Shown: positions 1 to 14,017 of the stretch, piece by piece
Numbering within the stretch: the stretch's first letter is position 1
How the letters are laid out: each line of letters opens with the position of its first letter
DNA from: Octopus sinensis
Lineage: Eukaryota
Assembly: GCF_006345805.1 (NCBI RefSeq)
Contig: NC_043009.1
Span: 31,930,001-31,994,000, forward strand
Direction of reading: 5' to 3'
Length of the DNA stretch: 64,000 nucleotides
Position numbers and translations under genes: made by a program
The notes under the pieces: generated by a model
What the model was told of the DNA's origin: nothing
Database searches by the model: none
What the model saw: only the letters and a program-made list of their open reading frames with translations

Positions 1-429
1 CCCCATGAAAACAAACAAAGCAAATCTCTCCCTTCTATGGATATTCTAAACCAAAATCCCATTAGAAATATATGAAATGTTGGTTGACATGGAACTGAAA
101 ATACACAGCAGATGAATCAAAGTAATTATTTAATATTTCCTTGCAAAAACAATTCCGGTGTAATATATACGAAAACAACACAAACAACCATAAAAATAAA
201 AACCAATTATATGTTGATAAAATAAATAACTTAGAAGAATGAAACAATAGATGTTCTTAAAAAACACTGCTCATGTCACTAACTAGATTGTATATATTCA
301 CTTTATTTCGTGTTGAATTTTCAAGCCAATCCTGTTAATGCTGCAAATAATGGAAAAAAGAATGATATCAAAACAAATGCTAAATATTTATTTTGTTGTT
401 GCAGGTTTTTTTTGTTTTGTTTTTTTTCA

Positions 430-572
430 CTTCTGCTTATACTTATCAATCTGTTTATCTGGTTATCTATCTGTCATCTATTTATCCATCCATCTATCTA
501 GTTATCGTCTTTCTACATACCTGTCTATTTGTCTGTCTTTTATCTATCTGTCTATCAATCTACCTCTCCACA

Positions 573-656
<84 letters not shown>

Positions 657-1830
657 TGCCTGTCTGTCAGTCTATCCACCCATCTATTTATCTATCTATC
701 TTTCCATATATATATGTATGTATGTGTGTGTATGTATATATATGAATGTATATATATGTATATATATATCAGTCTCTTGGTCTATATAACTATCTGTCTA
801 TCTATATATTTATCTGTTTATTTATCTATCTGTCTTATTTGTCAGTTTTTCTATATCTCTACCTGCCTGTCCTGTCCTGATAGAGAAAAAAACAAAAAAC
901 TATGCATGTTCATGTGTTCTGTATATATTTGCATATATATGTGTGTTTCTGTGTGCGTGCGTGATGTGTGTGTATGTCTGTGTGTCCTATACATTTTTTT
1001 CTTTATTTAATTACACATATCTATGATATACTCACATTTCTTTGTATATGATTGATTAGGTTCTTCACATGAACATACCACCCATGTATGCAGAAAGAAT
1101 TGTGTACAATTTTAAGCATACATATGCATATATATATATGTATGTATGCATGTATGTATGTATGTATGTATGCAAAACCATACAAACATACTTCACATAC
1201 ACCACATGCATACACACACATACATATTTGTTACATGTATACATACACACACACACAAACACATATATATATAAATAGATAGATATAGGTATGTATATAC
1301 ATGTGCTTATGTATATACGTAATATATACACACACAATATATGTATGATGTATGATGTATATATGTATGTATGCATGTATGTATGCATATATATATATGC
1401 ATGAATGTATCTATATATGTGTGTATATATATATGTTCATATATGCATGCATATATATGTATATATATGTATTATACATATACATATATATATATATGCA
1501 TACATGCATGCACACACACACAGATACAAACAAACAGACACACATGCACGCACACGCACACATGCACACACACATACACACATATATATATGTATGCTTG
1601 TGTTGATGGATTTGAATCTATGGACACTTCAATTCTGATATATAAACATGGGTGTACATTTATAAATATTCAAATCTATTACAACAGTTACAAATCTATT
1701 TGAATATAGAATCATATATTTGCACAAACACACACACACACACCGACACACTCACACACACACACATACATGTACGCACATTGAATATTAGCTCACTCAA
1801 TACACACACGTCGGATATACGCACACACAT
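430..1830. repeat. Compound microsatellite block (TATC, TA, TATG, TG, CA)
   Basis: Directly visible di- and tetranucleotide runs; these generate the IYIY/CVCV/THTH ORFs in the track. Confidence 0.95.
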
Positions 1831-2196
1831 ATAGTGACTGTGTTCTATTGAAGCTTGACTTAACTCGATCTAAACATATTCGATGATGTATTCAAAACCC
1901 TGTCTTTTTAAAACATTATTGAAAATGGGGGTGTTTACAAAGAGTGAATGACCAGCTGAATGGTTGTATATAATATTCCTTTGTCAAGTGATGCAACTGA
2001 ACTGAGGAAGATAGAGTCGATGGTAGCCATGGGAAAAGAATAGAAGAGAGATCAATATTTTGGTGTTGTTGTTGTTTAACCCTAGGTCAGTCATAATTGA
2101 GTAGGTCTATGATGAAAGGTGTTCTACCCATGGCCAGCCACTCAGTTTTAAGTAATACTTACATCTTTGTCTTGAAGTTCATTATAGAAATGTAAA

Positions 2197-2463
2197 TATA
2201 GCCGTAAGGTGAAGAATTTTGCTTTATAGTCATGTGGTTTAGGGTTCAATCCTCTTGCACAGCACCATGAGCAAATGTCCTCTGTTATAGCATCGAGTTG
2301 CCCAAAGCTTTGTGTCCAAGTTTGCTTCATGGAAACTGCGCAGAAGAGTCATACAGGGACTGGCATGGCTGTGTGGTAAGAAGCTTGCTTCACAACCAGT
2401 TGGTTCTGGGTTCAGTTCCATTGCATGGCTTCTTGGCAAATGTCTTCTAACATAGCCTTGAGT
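2197..2463 (+). mobile_element. Two adjacent 5' fragments of tRNA-derived SINE family A
   Basis: GGCTGTGTGGTAAG..GGTTCTGGGTTCAGTTCC..GGCAAATGTCTTCT matches the head of the full copy at 6257-6625. Confidence 0.7.
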
Positions 2464-3247
2464 CAAAAGAAGGTGAGATAGAGAAAGAAGCAGATGATGA
2501 ATAGTGGAGGTGAGGTATAAGTGGAACAGAGGGGGGATAGAGGAGGATGTGAGGGGAGAAGTGGTGGTGGTGGTGGTGGTGATGATGATGAAGATGATGA
2601 TCATGAGGAGGAGGAGCAGGAGGAGGAGGAGGAGGAAACTTTTATGCAATTCCCTATTATCAATTTCTCTCACGAAACTCTTTTTCAGGCTGTATCAATA
2701 TTTGAAGAGACTCAAAGTGCCAAACAATGAGATGGAACCCAAAACCTCATGGTTAAAATGCAAGCAACATAATCCGTACAGCCATTCCAGCGTTTAGTAT
2801 TTATGAGCTCTTTTTTTGTTTTTTTTTTTTCAAAAAAAGACTTCAAGAAACTGAGTCTGTATACAATAATGTTTTACGTGGTCTTGTACCGTTTCTAAAG
2901 ATTCACTTCCATTAAAATGCTTTCTTGGAACAATTTCAAGCAAACTTGTTTCAATTTTCTTGAACTTCTTTCAATCTTTGCTCTAAATTTGAAAGTCAAA
3001 TCGGGAAGCCAAATTCTTCAAAATCTTGTTTGTTTTTACATCCTAATTATTATTTTAATTATTAATTATATTTGTGTTTTCTTTATTCCTTGAGTGAAAG
3101 GTTCCCAAAATACAAATGGATTCCACTGTTGGCCATCCAAACAGCCAACAGGAGAACTTTTATGTTGACAATTATTATGCTAGACACATGAGCTAAATTT
3201 CAATCAAATCATACACTCTACCATCTTACAAATAAACAATAGATATA

Positions 3248-3456
3248 TTGAAAAGTTCCTGGCTTTGGATAAAAAATGAAAAATACAGGAGGATCAGTTA
3301 ATTATGATCTTTATTCAACATATTCCCTACTCAGATTCACACACTTATTGCAGTGGCTCTTCAGTTTTTCTGAGCCCTGTAAAAGAACTCAGAAGGTCGG
3401 GCCTCCCGCCAGACCTTTTGTAGTACTCTTAAAACCAGGAACTTTCCAGCCACCCC
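3248..3456. mobile_element. Mariner-like MITE
   Basis: Imperfect TIRs TTGAAAAGTTCCTGGCTTT (3248-3266) and AAACCAGGAACTTTCCAG (3432-3449); about 210 bp, non-coding. Confidence 0.65.
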
Positions 3457-3873
3457 CACACGTATCTGAATATAGATGCGATTGCTAAGGATGAAATGTT
3501 TTTCTTCATACATCTTTTTGATCAGAGTTGATCTGAGAATACTTTAAACAACAACAGCAGCAGCGGTAGCAGTAGTAGTAGCAGCAGTAGCATAAGCCCT
3601 TCACTATACCATGTTTTCTTGTAAACCTGTTTCATTAGATTTTTCTAAATCTGAACAACTTTATATGGTTTTTGACTTCTTGCAACCATTCTGATCTGGT
3701 CTTTGTTATGTTCAACCAAGAACTGACAATTATTATCTCATTTATATCTGCATAGATAAATATGTTGCATGTAACGTTATAACTTATATTTTTCTACATG
3801 AAAAGATATCTAAGGAAAAATATATCTGTGCAAATATATGCATATATTAGAAAACTATATCTACTTACATACA

Positions 3874-3941
<68 letters not shown>

Positions 3942-5234
3942 ATATGCCTAAGCATAAGGTGTGTGTGGGTGTGTGTGTGTGTGTGCCATTGCATCATATA
4001 GTTAAAACAGCTATATATATATATCTGCATTTAGACTATTATTAATATATATATATATATGGAGATAGATAGATACATATATAATCATACATAAATATAT
4101 TAGACAATCATGTGTGTGTGTGTGTGTGTAACTGCACATATATGTATTTATAATTTTTGTAACTATGTACATGGTCTCCACGTATATGTGTGCGTATAGA
4201 AGAGAGATGGATGCTTTCGGATCACGGAGTTAAAAGTATTTCCTTGTACAAAACACAACAAAAGCCTTAACAAATAAGTGTAGAATGTCAAAGAGACAAA
4301 AGACAAGTGAAATCACAGGAATGGCCATTATAACTTAACACTTGCCAACAGAAGATAAAGAAGAAATCAATCATTAGATCAAATCAGAAAACTAATCACC
4401 CTTAAAGAACAGCGATGCTTCACGATGTCAAAAATGTCTGTTTCCGTCAAAGAGCACCATTTTCTTTTGATAAAGCAGTGAAGCAATATAGAAAACATCA
4501 ATTTCAAAATATCAATGTGCAATTTGATTTATGGTCATTCAGTGATGGCTTCTTGCTATACAAATGTAAAAACATGCTTTTTTTTATATCTAGTTTGATT
4601 TTTGTCTTTTCATCTTTTTTTTCTTTTTACTTTCGTTTTGCTTTTCGGCATGAAATGACAAGGAAATACTTCTTGAAATCTTCTACAAGTAAGATCAAAC
4701 CAATTAGTTATAGTAGGAACGTATTGAAATGGTTTTCTTGAATTCTCTGGTGATATTTTACATGATTACACCAAGTTCCTTCATACTTTCTCATCTAATT
4801 CACTGAACCATTACATGACAAGCAATTATCAAACAAGCTTCTTAGAGAATTTGCTTTTTATGTGAAGGTATATTTACTGAGCATATGAAGGATTGGTTTG
4901 CAATTATCAAAGATGCTGGGTTGAATTTCGATCATTAAAGGCTTTGTTTATGCCTGCTTATATCATGCTATAACGCCTTTGTTAACAGTTAGCAACTTCA
5001 GCATGTCATTATTTGTAACAAGAAAGATATCATTGACATTCCTCTCTTTTCTTTTTCACAAAAGAGATCATCTCCCATTATCTAACTGGATTTGAGACAC
5101 CAACCTCTGTTCTTTATAAACTGTTTCACAAAGCTTTGAATAATATTAAATTGTAATTAAAATAAAATACATGAACTTTTCAAAAACTCACGGAAACGTA
5201 TTTGATTTAACTCGGATGCATCTTTGTTGTTTTA

Positions 5235-5505
5235 TATTTAAGGTAGGAGAGAAGGCATTGCTAAAGACCCTTTATAGAGACTGCAGGACCGGTGGAAAGA
5301 AGGGACTGAGAGAGGAAGTTGTCCTTAATCCAGAAAACTTGCTGAAATGATTGCAGCACAGTGGGGAACACTAAAGGCAGTCACGATGCCAGATGGTTGT
5401 GTTAAACTGTGAAATGGTTTAAGCATACAAGCAAGTAGGCCACAATAGGATTTGAACTCAGAATGCAAATGGCCAGAACAAATACCAAAAAGTATTTCGT
5501 ATGAC
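5235..5505 (-). mobile_element. SINE-like repeat, copy 1 (inverted relative to 7455-7705)
   Basis: The reverse complement aligns by eye over about 250 bp with 7455-7705; B-box-like GAGTTCAAATCC. Confidence 0.7.
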
Positions 5506-6256
5506 AATCTTACTGTTCCTCAAATTCCCCATGCTGGATTGTTGCCCATTTTATCAGCACCGAAAAGTCAAGGGTTAAATTTGACTTTGGTGATAAAAAT
5601 GAAAGCACAAATATCATAATTTATTTTGTTACAGGAGATGACAAAGGACATAATCTAAACTGTTGTTCTGAGCCAGTCTCTTTCTCTTACAGAGACATCT
5701 ACAGAAAGAGAAGAATTGGCTGTTGAAGATCCTCAATTGTTACAGCATTTGTACTAATTCTTATTGAACTTGGCCATTTTAGAAATTAAATGTCTTGGTT
5801 ACAGCCTACAGGATGCAAACCACCAACTGTTACCCTCGTTATCCTGTTTGATACCCTATTAATTTTACCAGGAGTTCTCTTAGATTAGTTATACATGCAA
5901 ATGAAATGCAACGAGGCAAAACAAAGTTTGTACAGGAAGAAGTTCCATTAAATTCCGATTCATAATATGAATAAAAATACCATTAAATAGAATGGATAAA
6001 ATCTCATTACTTTCAAGTTATTGAATTATTCATTAAGTTAAATTAAGTCCCCAGGAAAGAAACCAGAACAAAGTTCTAGCATATTCTGGAGTCTAAGTTG
6101 TGATTCTGACTGCAGAATGACAACATAATAATTGTACAAAAGAAGAGACATTACAAAGAATTGAAACCAGAATTACAGAAGTAAAAGAGAAAAAAATGAA
6201 GACATTGGGGAGCGGGGATTATGACCAAAAAAAGAAACACTTTAGAACTGAATGTG

Positions 6257-6625
6257 ACCAGGAGTGGCTGTGTGGTAAGTAGCTTGCTTACCAACAACAT
6301 GGTTCCAGGTTCAGTTCCACTGCATGGCACCTTGGGCAAGTGTCTTCTACTATAGCCTTGGCCTGACTGAAGGCTTGTCAGTGGATTTGGTAGATGGAAA
6401 CTGAAAGAAGCCCGTCGTATATGTATATATATGTATATGTTTGTGTGTCTCTTTGTCCCAGCACCATCGCTCGACAACCAATGTTGGTGTGTTTACGTAC
6501 CCGTAACTTAGTGGTTTGGCAAAAGAGACAACAGAATAAATACTAGGCTTGTAAAGGTCGATTTCTTCGACTAAAGTTGGTGCTCCAGCATGGCCGCAGC
6601 CAAATGACTGAAACAAATAAAAGAA
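6257..6625 (+). mobile_element. Full-length tRNA-derived SINE family A
   Basis: A-box-like TGGCTGTGTGG and B-box-like GGTTCAGTTCC, internal (TA/TG) run, tail GCTCCAGCATGGCCGCAGCCAAATGACTGAAAC; other copies at 32851-33269 and 43545-44245. Confidence 0.85.
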
Positions 6626-7454
6626 GAATAAAAGAAAAACACAGTTATTTAGTATTGAAACAAACGTAATAATGTTGGTGTAATAGTAGTGACACTATCA
6701 ATGAGTTCAAAGCAAGAAAGAAACCTGAAATAAAAATAAAAGATGAGAACGAATAAGTTGTAGGATAAAATATGAGAATAAAACTTGAAGATACAAAATT
6801 ACTTCATAATAATACAAGGATATGAAAACGATTCAAAGTGGTGTATGCTAATGAAAGGAACTAAGTTGGTGCCGAAAATAATTAAAGCTGAGAAATTAGA
6901 AATGGTAATCGACTTTATGCCTCACCCAGAATTGCTGGTTTTGTGCCAAAATTTGAACCCTATCTGTGTTTGCAAGAATTAGTTCATAGGAGAGTTAATG
7001 AAATCGTTTGATTAGTTCCATTGGGAATACTCTGTTCTGGGATCTTGCTGCTCATAAATGAAGGGAACCCAGAATATTATATTTTACATGGCAATAACAA
7101 ATACTTGAACAGGAAGATTAGTTTTCTGTATCTATTGGATTGTTCATGGAACTGGAATACCATTCTCATCAATAATTTAGTTGAGAGTTACATATCAGAG
7201 GCTGTAATCCACCCATCAAATACTGTGGTAAGATCAAAGGAAAGCAAGCATTTAATATACATACATATATCTTTGTAGAAACAGCAGTAGAGACAGCTAT
7301 TGTCATTAGTAAATTGGTAGGTCTGAAGATCAAATATTATGCGTGTCTACATCAAAAGAGACAAATGAATTACATTCTTCTATCACCAAAACAACACAGT
7401 TGGATCATACAGCATCTTTTTAGCTCTGTCATTTCCCTACACCTTCAACTTTAC

Positions 7455-7705
7455 GTTTGGCACATACTCTGTGGTACTTGTTCTGGCCATTTGCATTCTG
7501 AGTTCAAATCCCACTGTGACCTACTTGCTTGTAGGCTTAACACATTTTACAGTTTAATGCCACCATCAGCCATCATGGCTGTCTTTAGTGGTCCCCACTC
7601 TACTGCAATCATTTCAGCCAGGTTTTTGGATTAAGGACAACTTCCTCTCTCAGTCCCTTCTTTCCACCAGTCTTGGGCAATACCTTCTTTCCTGACTTAA
7701 ATACA
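7455..7705 (+). mobile_element. SINE-like repeat, copy 2 (inverted relative to 5235-5505)
   Basis: Shares TTCTGGCCATTTGCATTCTGAGTTCAAATCC and GGATTAAGGACAACTTCCTCTCTCAGTCCCTTCTTTCCACC with the reverse complement of copy 1. Confidence 0.7.
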
Positions 7706-8572
7706 TATTTGCCAAATGGGTCAGGCAAATATCCACCTTAACTTAGAAGGTACTGTTGTCCAGTTTCATATCAATCTAGGACATTCTGACCCACGAGCAG
7801 CAGCTGCTTTCTGTGTATAAATCCCAAACAACAGGTGAACAGGTTCAAATATAAAATGGGGTAAAAAGTATAAAGCAAAAGTAAGACATTTGTTTCCACA
7901 ACTTTAACCAATATGACAAATCTTAAAGACATTTGACAAAATTTCGATTATTTATGCAAAATACAATTCATTCAAATGAATTTTGTTTTACAATAAGTTA
8001 ATCAGCAAAATGCTTATAGTAATGTCACCACAAAAAAAAAAAATGATACATATATATATATTATGGATGATTTTTGAATTGCATCTGTAATGAAGTCACA
8101 GATGCACAACAAAACCTTTTAATACTTTATAGAACTTTCCAGACTTTTAACGGTAGTAAAACTTTTTCTAAAAAAAATTAGAATTTTCCACGACACACTA
8201 AGTTTTATTTGCACTTAAATATCACATCAACAGTTACGTGTGATGTACTTACTCATACACATTTCTGTCAGTTCTCAAATATATTTCACAGTTAGTTCGA
8301 TTTGACTTGGATACTCACTTCAAAATTTATTGGTGACATACAAAAGTGCTGCAATGCAAAGCTTGAAAACCATTGTTTCAGAATATAAAATAAGGTATCA
8401 TAAGATATATATTTATATATAAACAACTTATAAATAAGGGCAAACGGAAACATTTCTAATGCCAACTATGCCGAAAATTGGACATAGTGTCCATTACCAT
8501 ATAATTTATCACAATACATATGCTACTCGAAAAACAGCTGACAGAAATTTCTAAAATATTCCATTATTACCA

Positions 8573-8625
8573 TATCAGACCGATTTCAGGGTTAGTTCGT
8601 AAGAACCCTCCCTTCGTCAGTGATA
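8573..8625 (-). ncRNA. Minimal type I hammerhead ribozyme motif, intact core
   Basis: Minus strand reads TATCA-CTGACGA-AGGG(AGGGTTCTTACGAACTAA)CCCT-GAAA-TCG-GTC|TGATA: 5-bp stem I, paired stem II, GUC cleavage triplet. Confidence 0.75.
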
Positions 8626-8924
8626 AATGTTATAAAGAAATAAATGAGATACTCATACCCATGGAAGAAGCAAAACACTAAGTCATGAGCACAATTAAGT
8701 ACCCCAAATACATCCAAAATCGAAATACTCCAGCCCATTCAAGACACGTGCGATTTGAACTGAGGCTCTCACAGAGTGAGAGAGTGCAGAAGTGAAAACT
8801 TAAATTTATATTATATCATTAAATATATATATATATATATATATAATATATATATTATATCATTAAATATATGTATATATATCATAAGATACATACACAC
8901 ACACATACATGTAAACAGCATGTC

Positions 8925-9161
8925 CTGATGCCATGTATAAAACACCCATGCTGGTGCCATATAAAAAGCATCTGTACTGGCGCCACATATAAAGCACCCT
9001 GTACACTCTGTAAAGTGGTTGGCATTAGGAAGGACATCCAGCCATAGAAGCCATGTCAAAACAGACAACTGGAGCTTGTTGCAGCTCTCCAGCCTTGCCA
9101 GCTCCTGCCAAACTATCAAACCCATGCCAGTATGAAAAACACACATTTAATGATGATGATT
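8925..9161 (+). mobile_element. RTE-tail-like repeat (family D) ending in (GAT)n
   Basis: GGTTGGCATTAGGAAGGACATCCAGCC..AACCCATGCCAGTATGAAAA..(GAT)n. Related copies lie at about 16675-17040(-), 33410-33520(-), 34215-34400(-), 40810-41030(-), 44450-44650(+), 45740-45900(+), 51270-51620(+) and 52405-52565(-). The RTE link is inferred. Confidence 0.7.
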
Positions 9162-10504
9162 ATCTCCGAAGTCATTTATATATATACATATATATATATA
9201 TGTACTTAATTTATCGACCCCAGAAGGATGAAAGTCAACGTTGACCTCAGTGAAATTTGAACTCAAAACATAAAGATGGATGAATTGTTTCTAGTTTGGT
9301 GTGGAAACAATTCTGTCCATTCACCACTTTAATCTGAAATATATAATGAAATGTTATTTTTAAGTTTAGACAGCTCAAACCCAGAACATTAACCACAAGG
9401 CATAAGTCATTTATTCTTAGAATATTCAAACAACTATGCTAATTAGCCACTTTTATTTCATGATGCTCATTATGAAAATTAATTATAAAAACAGATTCTA
9501 TTATTTCTGAATTATTTTCTTAACACTTTTACTGATTATCTTACTAAGTACCTGAGGAATAATTTCACATCTTATTTTCTAGGAACCCTGTATATGACTT
9601 GATTTCCAACAACTAGACTGTTTACAATTCTTTTTCCTTTTTCCTTTTTTTTGTTCATTTTTCATTGTAATCATTATTTTGAAGGGTTTTACTAAAATTT
9701 CTGTAATTTAATATATTATCATATTGCAATAGTGTTGATCAACAGAAATCCCACAACATCATTCTTGTTGTAATGAGATTCCAGTTGAGATTTTCCTTTA
9801 ATTAGGATTACTTTAGTGTGGTTGGTCTCAAGCAGGTTAGGATTAAAAGTGTAATGTAATTAAATGTTAAACAATCTCTCTACAAAAACGGTTGGCAATT
9901 TCAATTGTTCCTATAAGAGCTTCTGTTCCTTGGAGCTGTCTGGTCTTTTATTTCCATCATATACACACCCCAGACCTGTTTGGCATTCTACCTCTCATAT
10001 TTCTTGTTGTGTCCAACCTCACCTAGCACTGCATTAACAACTAGTTTTGGTCCTTTCTTCCCAGAGCATCAATCCTCTAGAATCTTTTTCCTGCTCATAT
10101 CTTTCCTGCACATTTTAATCTTCAACAGCTTAAATGGAAAATTAACAGCATGAAGCTCACCAGTCTTGGAGGATCTGCTAAGGTCATGGTCATTTCTATT
10201 TCTTCCACACTCAGGGAACTAAAAAAACAAAAAGACATTTTACAACTTCTTCATATAAATTTTGTCTTTCAAACCCTTGACACCCTCTTACATTATAAAC
10301 TTGAAAATTTACAAATAAAACACAAGATATACTATATTGAAGTATTTTTTCTACTCTAGGCACAAGGCCTGAAATTTTGTGGGAGGGGGCCAGTCAATTA
10401 GATAGTATGACCATAGTATGGTACCTAATTTATCAACCCCAAAAGGATGAACGGCAAATCAACCTCGGCAGAAGGTAGATTTAAATAGTGCTACACTACA
10501 AAGT

Positions 10505-10712
10505 TGGTGAGCCGGCAGAATCATTAGCACACTGGACTTTGCAGCATTTTATCTGTCCTCATGCTCTGAGTTCAAATTCTGCTGAGGTTGACTTTACCTT
10601 CACCCTTTCAGGGTTACTAAGATAATTACCAGTTAAGTACCAGAGTCGATGTAATTGATTTATCCACTTCATCAAAATTGGTGGCCTTGTGCCAAAACTT
10701 AAAACCAATATT
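10505..10712 (+). mobile_element. tRNA-derived SINE family B (representative plus-strand copy)
   Basis: GAGCCGGCAGAATCATTAGC..CTGAGTTCAAATTC..CCCTTTCAGGGTTACTAA..TACCAG; about 20 further copies or fragments occur across the window. Confidence 0.8.
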
Positions 10713-10724
10713 GTTACCCTACAG

Positions 10725-10894
10725 CACCGTTTCTCAACTAGGGTTCTCCGGAACCCTAGGGTTCTGAAAAAACTTCTTAGGGGCTCCGTGAGAAAGAGTG
10801 AGATAAGCTAATGCTAATTTCATAATCGCAATATAACTATACATGCACAACATATTATTGGTTATTGTAATATTGTAACATTGTAATATTACAA

Positions 10895-10926
<32 letters not shown>

Positions 10927-11367
10927 GTATATTGTCAGACCCCAAAACCTGTTGGCCTAAAATATATGATATTTACCATGTGAACTACAATGAAAAAATA
11001 TGAGAAAGATACAGTATATAATTTACATTATTTACATTTAACAGATATTTGACCTCATCTTGTTTGTTGTTAACACAACATTTCAGCTGATATACCCTCC
11101 AGCCTTCATTAGGTGTCTTGGGGAAATTTCGAATCTGGATTCTCATTCCTAAGGTATTTTTCGATGTTGTTGTTATTATTATTATTTTATTATCATTATT
11201 ATTATTATTCAGGTCGCTGCCTGGAATTGAACTCAGAATCTTGGGGTTAGTAGTCCGCACTCTTAACCACTACGCCATAGTAAATAATTTTTTTTTGTGC
11301 AGGGGTTCCTTGAGACATGTAAATTATTTTAAGGGTTGCACAAGGGTAAAAAGGTTGAGAAACACTT
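10725..11367. mobile_element. hAT (Charlie-like) MITE with a nested HHR-SINE
   Basis: TIR-like CACCGTTTCTCAACT and GGTTGAGAAACACTT; 8-bp flanks CCCTACAG and CCCTATGC partly match, as expected for a decayed hAT TSD. Confidence 0.7.
11021..11279 (-). mobile_element. HHR-bearing tRNA-headed repeat, copy A
   Basis: Minus strand: TGGCGTAGTGGTTAAGAG head, GAGTTCAATTCC B box, (AAT)n, then GACAC-CTAATGA-A-GGCTG..CAGCT-GAAATGTT-GTGTT (11072-11117; core G5 mutated to A). Confidence 0.85.
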
Positions 11368-13254
11368 CCCTATGCCAATACCATTCCCAAATAATGGTAG
11401 GTTCCAAACTCTACAATATCTGTTCATCAGTCCTACAATATATGATCGGATTTTGCTATCTTATTGTTTTATAGAAGAATCTTTAAAAAACCATGGCTTT
11501 CTGGTTGATTATTGAAATTATGTTGTGTTATGTATGATATATCGAATATTTTACATAATGACAACATCATTTCTACATTTAGAAAGTGAAATCATAGACA
11601 CGTTGAATTTCCAGTGATTTATCATAGAATTCCTGCTGAATATAAAGCAACCATTTCCTATCATGGCCTGTCACCCCCACCGGCCACCACTTCCTACAAG
11701 AACTCTGTTTATAATATAAAATGATTTAAGTGTTCTTCATTGTAGCTTCGTCCATCTGTGAGGAATATAATTCCTCAATATATAAATCAACTATTAACTA
11801 TGAAAATTTACAACAGAAATTTAAGTTGATGGATGGAAATAGACAAGCAAAATATTCAATATAATCTAGATAAATCCTTACAAATACATTTTCTAATATT
11901 TGTATGATTGTATATTCTATGTAAGGGGTGTATTCATATGTATGTCTTTGTGTGTGTGTATGTATGTATATGCACGTGTGTAAGTTTATGTGTATGTATG
12001 CTTTCATGTGTGTGTGAGTGTGTATGAGATGGTGTGTCTGTGTGTGTGTGTGAGAGAGAGAGAGAATGAGAGAGAGAGATATAGTAAATGTGTGTGTTGT
12101 GGCTAGAAAGATCAAAGTTTGTTTAACAAATAAAAATATATATTCTTCTAGAACTTCTGACTCCACCCTATCAAGAAACCAGACAAGTTTCTTCCTTCAG
12201 ACAATCATTCAAAGATCAGTCAAATCATTTTATTCCAAATGAATTCTTCAGTTTCAAATATTCTATTCAGATATTCATTTGACAAATTTTATTTTATATT
12301 TTTGGTTCGGTTTTGTTGTTTGGTTCCAATTTACTGTTCTTCATATATTCATGAAACCAATTTTCAACCTCTTTCTAACTATGGCCTTGACAGGTCACTA
12401 GTTAGTAAGACATGTATGCGTGTGTCTGTCTGCATGCGTGTGTCTATATGTGTGTATGTCTGAGTATGTGTACAGCTGTGTATGTTTGCACTTTGGTGTA
12501 AATATCATTACACTATAATATACCACAAAATATTTCAATTCCACTTAAGTTTGTAACAGAGGTCAATATCAGAATTCAATAGCAATGAATGGTAAAAATT
12601 TCAATGCAACTTCACTGATAGAAGTATGAAGATGTATTTGAAAATATCTCACTTTCTGTATGAGGATATCCAAAATTATCCTTAATTCATGGATATGAAG
12701 AGAACAGACATGATTCAATTCTATCAGCATGAAATTACACCCTAATTCTTCAGTTTTCCTTATATTTCTCTAGTCTTGGCATTTGGTCTTCTGACATTGT
12801 GACACAGATAATGCAAGAAACTTCCACCAGGATGGTCATTCTGTTGCATATGTTGTTTTGACTCCTGTCCATCTGTCCTTGTGCATTTCAGGTTTTCCTG
12901 GAATGCTTGAAACTAGGTGTTCTTGGATCAAGCTCATTTGCCATTTTCCTTCTTCCTGTGTCCATTCCTTGTTACCTTTGCATGCTGTGTGTCTGGCAGC
13001 TGCAAAGTATGACCTGTTAAGCCAAATCAATGCCAATGTTTGGCAGCACCTGAAAAGCAGTGATCTAGCGGAATCCTTAGCAGCATTTTGTCCATCTGAG
13101 TCCAAATTCTGCAAGGGTCATTTTTGCCTTTTAACCTTTTGCCCCTCACCCACAAAATTGCTGGCCTTTTGCCAAAATTTGAAGTCAATTTTTTGTAGTG
13201 ACTGGAATCACAAAATGTTGATAATTTTGATTTTATATACTAAAAATAATTCTG

Positions 13255-13865
13255 TCTAACAAAGGCACAAGACCTGGAACATGTGGTGAGGGTGTGTTGA
13301 TTACATTGACCCCAGTGCTTGACTGGTACTTTATTTATCGACCCTGAAAGGATGACCGGCAAAGTCAACCTTGGGGAATTTGAACTCAGAATGTAGTGAC
13401 AGACAAAATACCATTAAGCATTTCACCCTGCTTGCTAACAATTCTGCAAGCTCAGAATAATAATACTACTAATATTAATAAATTTTTTTTCAATAAAGCC
13501 ACAAAACCTGAAATTTGGGTGAGAAGGGTTTGTTGATGACATCAACCCCAGAACACAGCTGGTACCTATTTTATTGAACCTGAAAGGATTAAAGATAAAG
13601 TCAACCTCAGTGGGATTTCGAATCAGAATGTAGAGACAGACAAAATGGTTAGCAGCATTTTGTCTGGTGTGTGAATGATTCTGTCTTCTAGCTGACTCAT
13701 GGCTTCAAATTTTGGCACACAGCCGGCAATTCTGAAATAAGGAGAAATTCAACTACAACAACACCAGTTCTCAGCTGGTCCATATTTTATCAAATCCAAA
13801 AAGATGAAAGGCAAAATTAATCTTGATAGAATTTGAACTCAGAACATGGTGAGTCAGAAAATGAC
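13255..13865 (-). mobile_element. Three consecutive same-orientation decayed SINE family B copies
   Basis: The GGCAAAGTCAACC..GAATTTGAACTCAGAA-like motif recurs at about 13360-13390, 13595-13630 and 13810-13845. Confidence 0.75.
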
Positions 13866-14017
13866 TTCCAGGGTAAATACATGCACCCAGGTTTTTACAT
13901 TGTTCTTGTCTGCCTGCAGTAATATTCTTTTCTATTCCAGGAAGAAGGCCTGAAATTTTGGGGGAGGGGGCGCCAGTTGATTAGATCGACTCCAGTATGC
14001 AACTGGTACTTAATTTA

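Noticed and set aside
338-1834. Long ORFs of up to 205 aa, and similar ones at 18166-18523, 38003-38735 and 61672-62413
   Set aside because: They are translations of TA/TG/CA/TATC microsatellites, which lack stop codons in several frames.
4415-4741. FSDG motif in a 108-aa ORF suggesting a transposase
   Set aside because: A four-residue match only; the rest does not fit.
8659-8762. Donor-like ATGG|GTATGA with upstream CTCAG on the minus strand
   Set aside because: All three frames contain stops.
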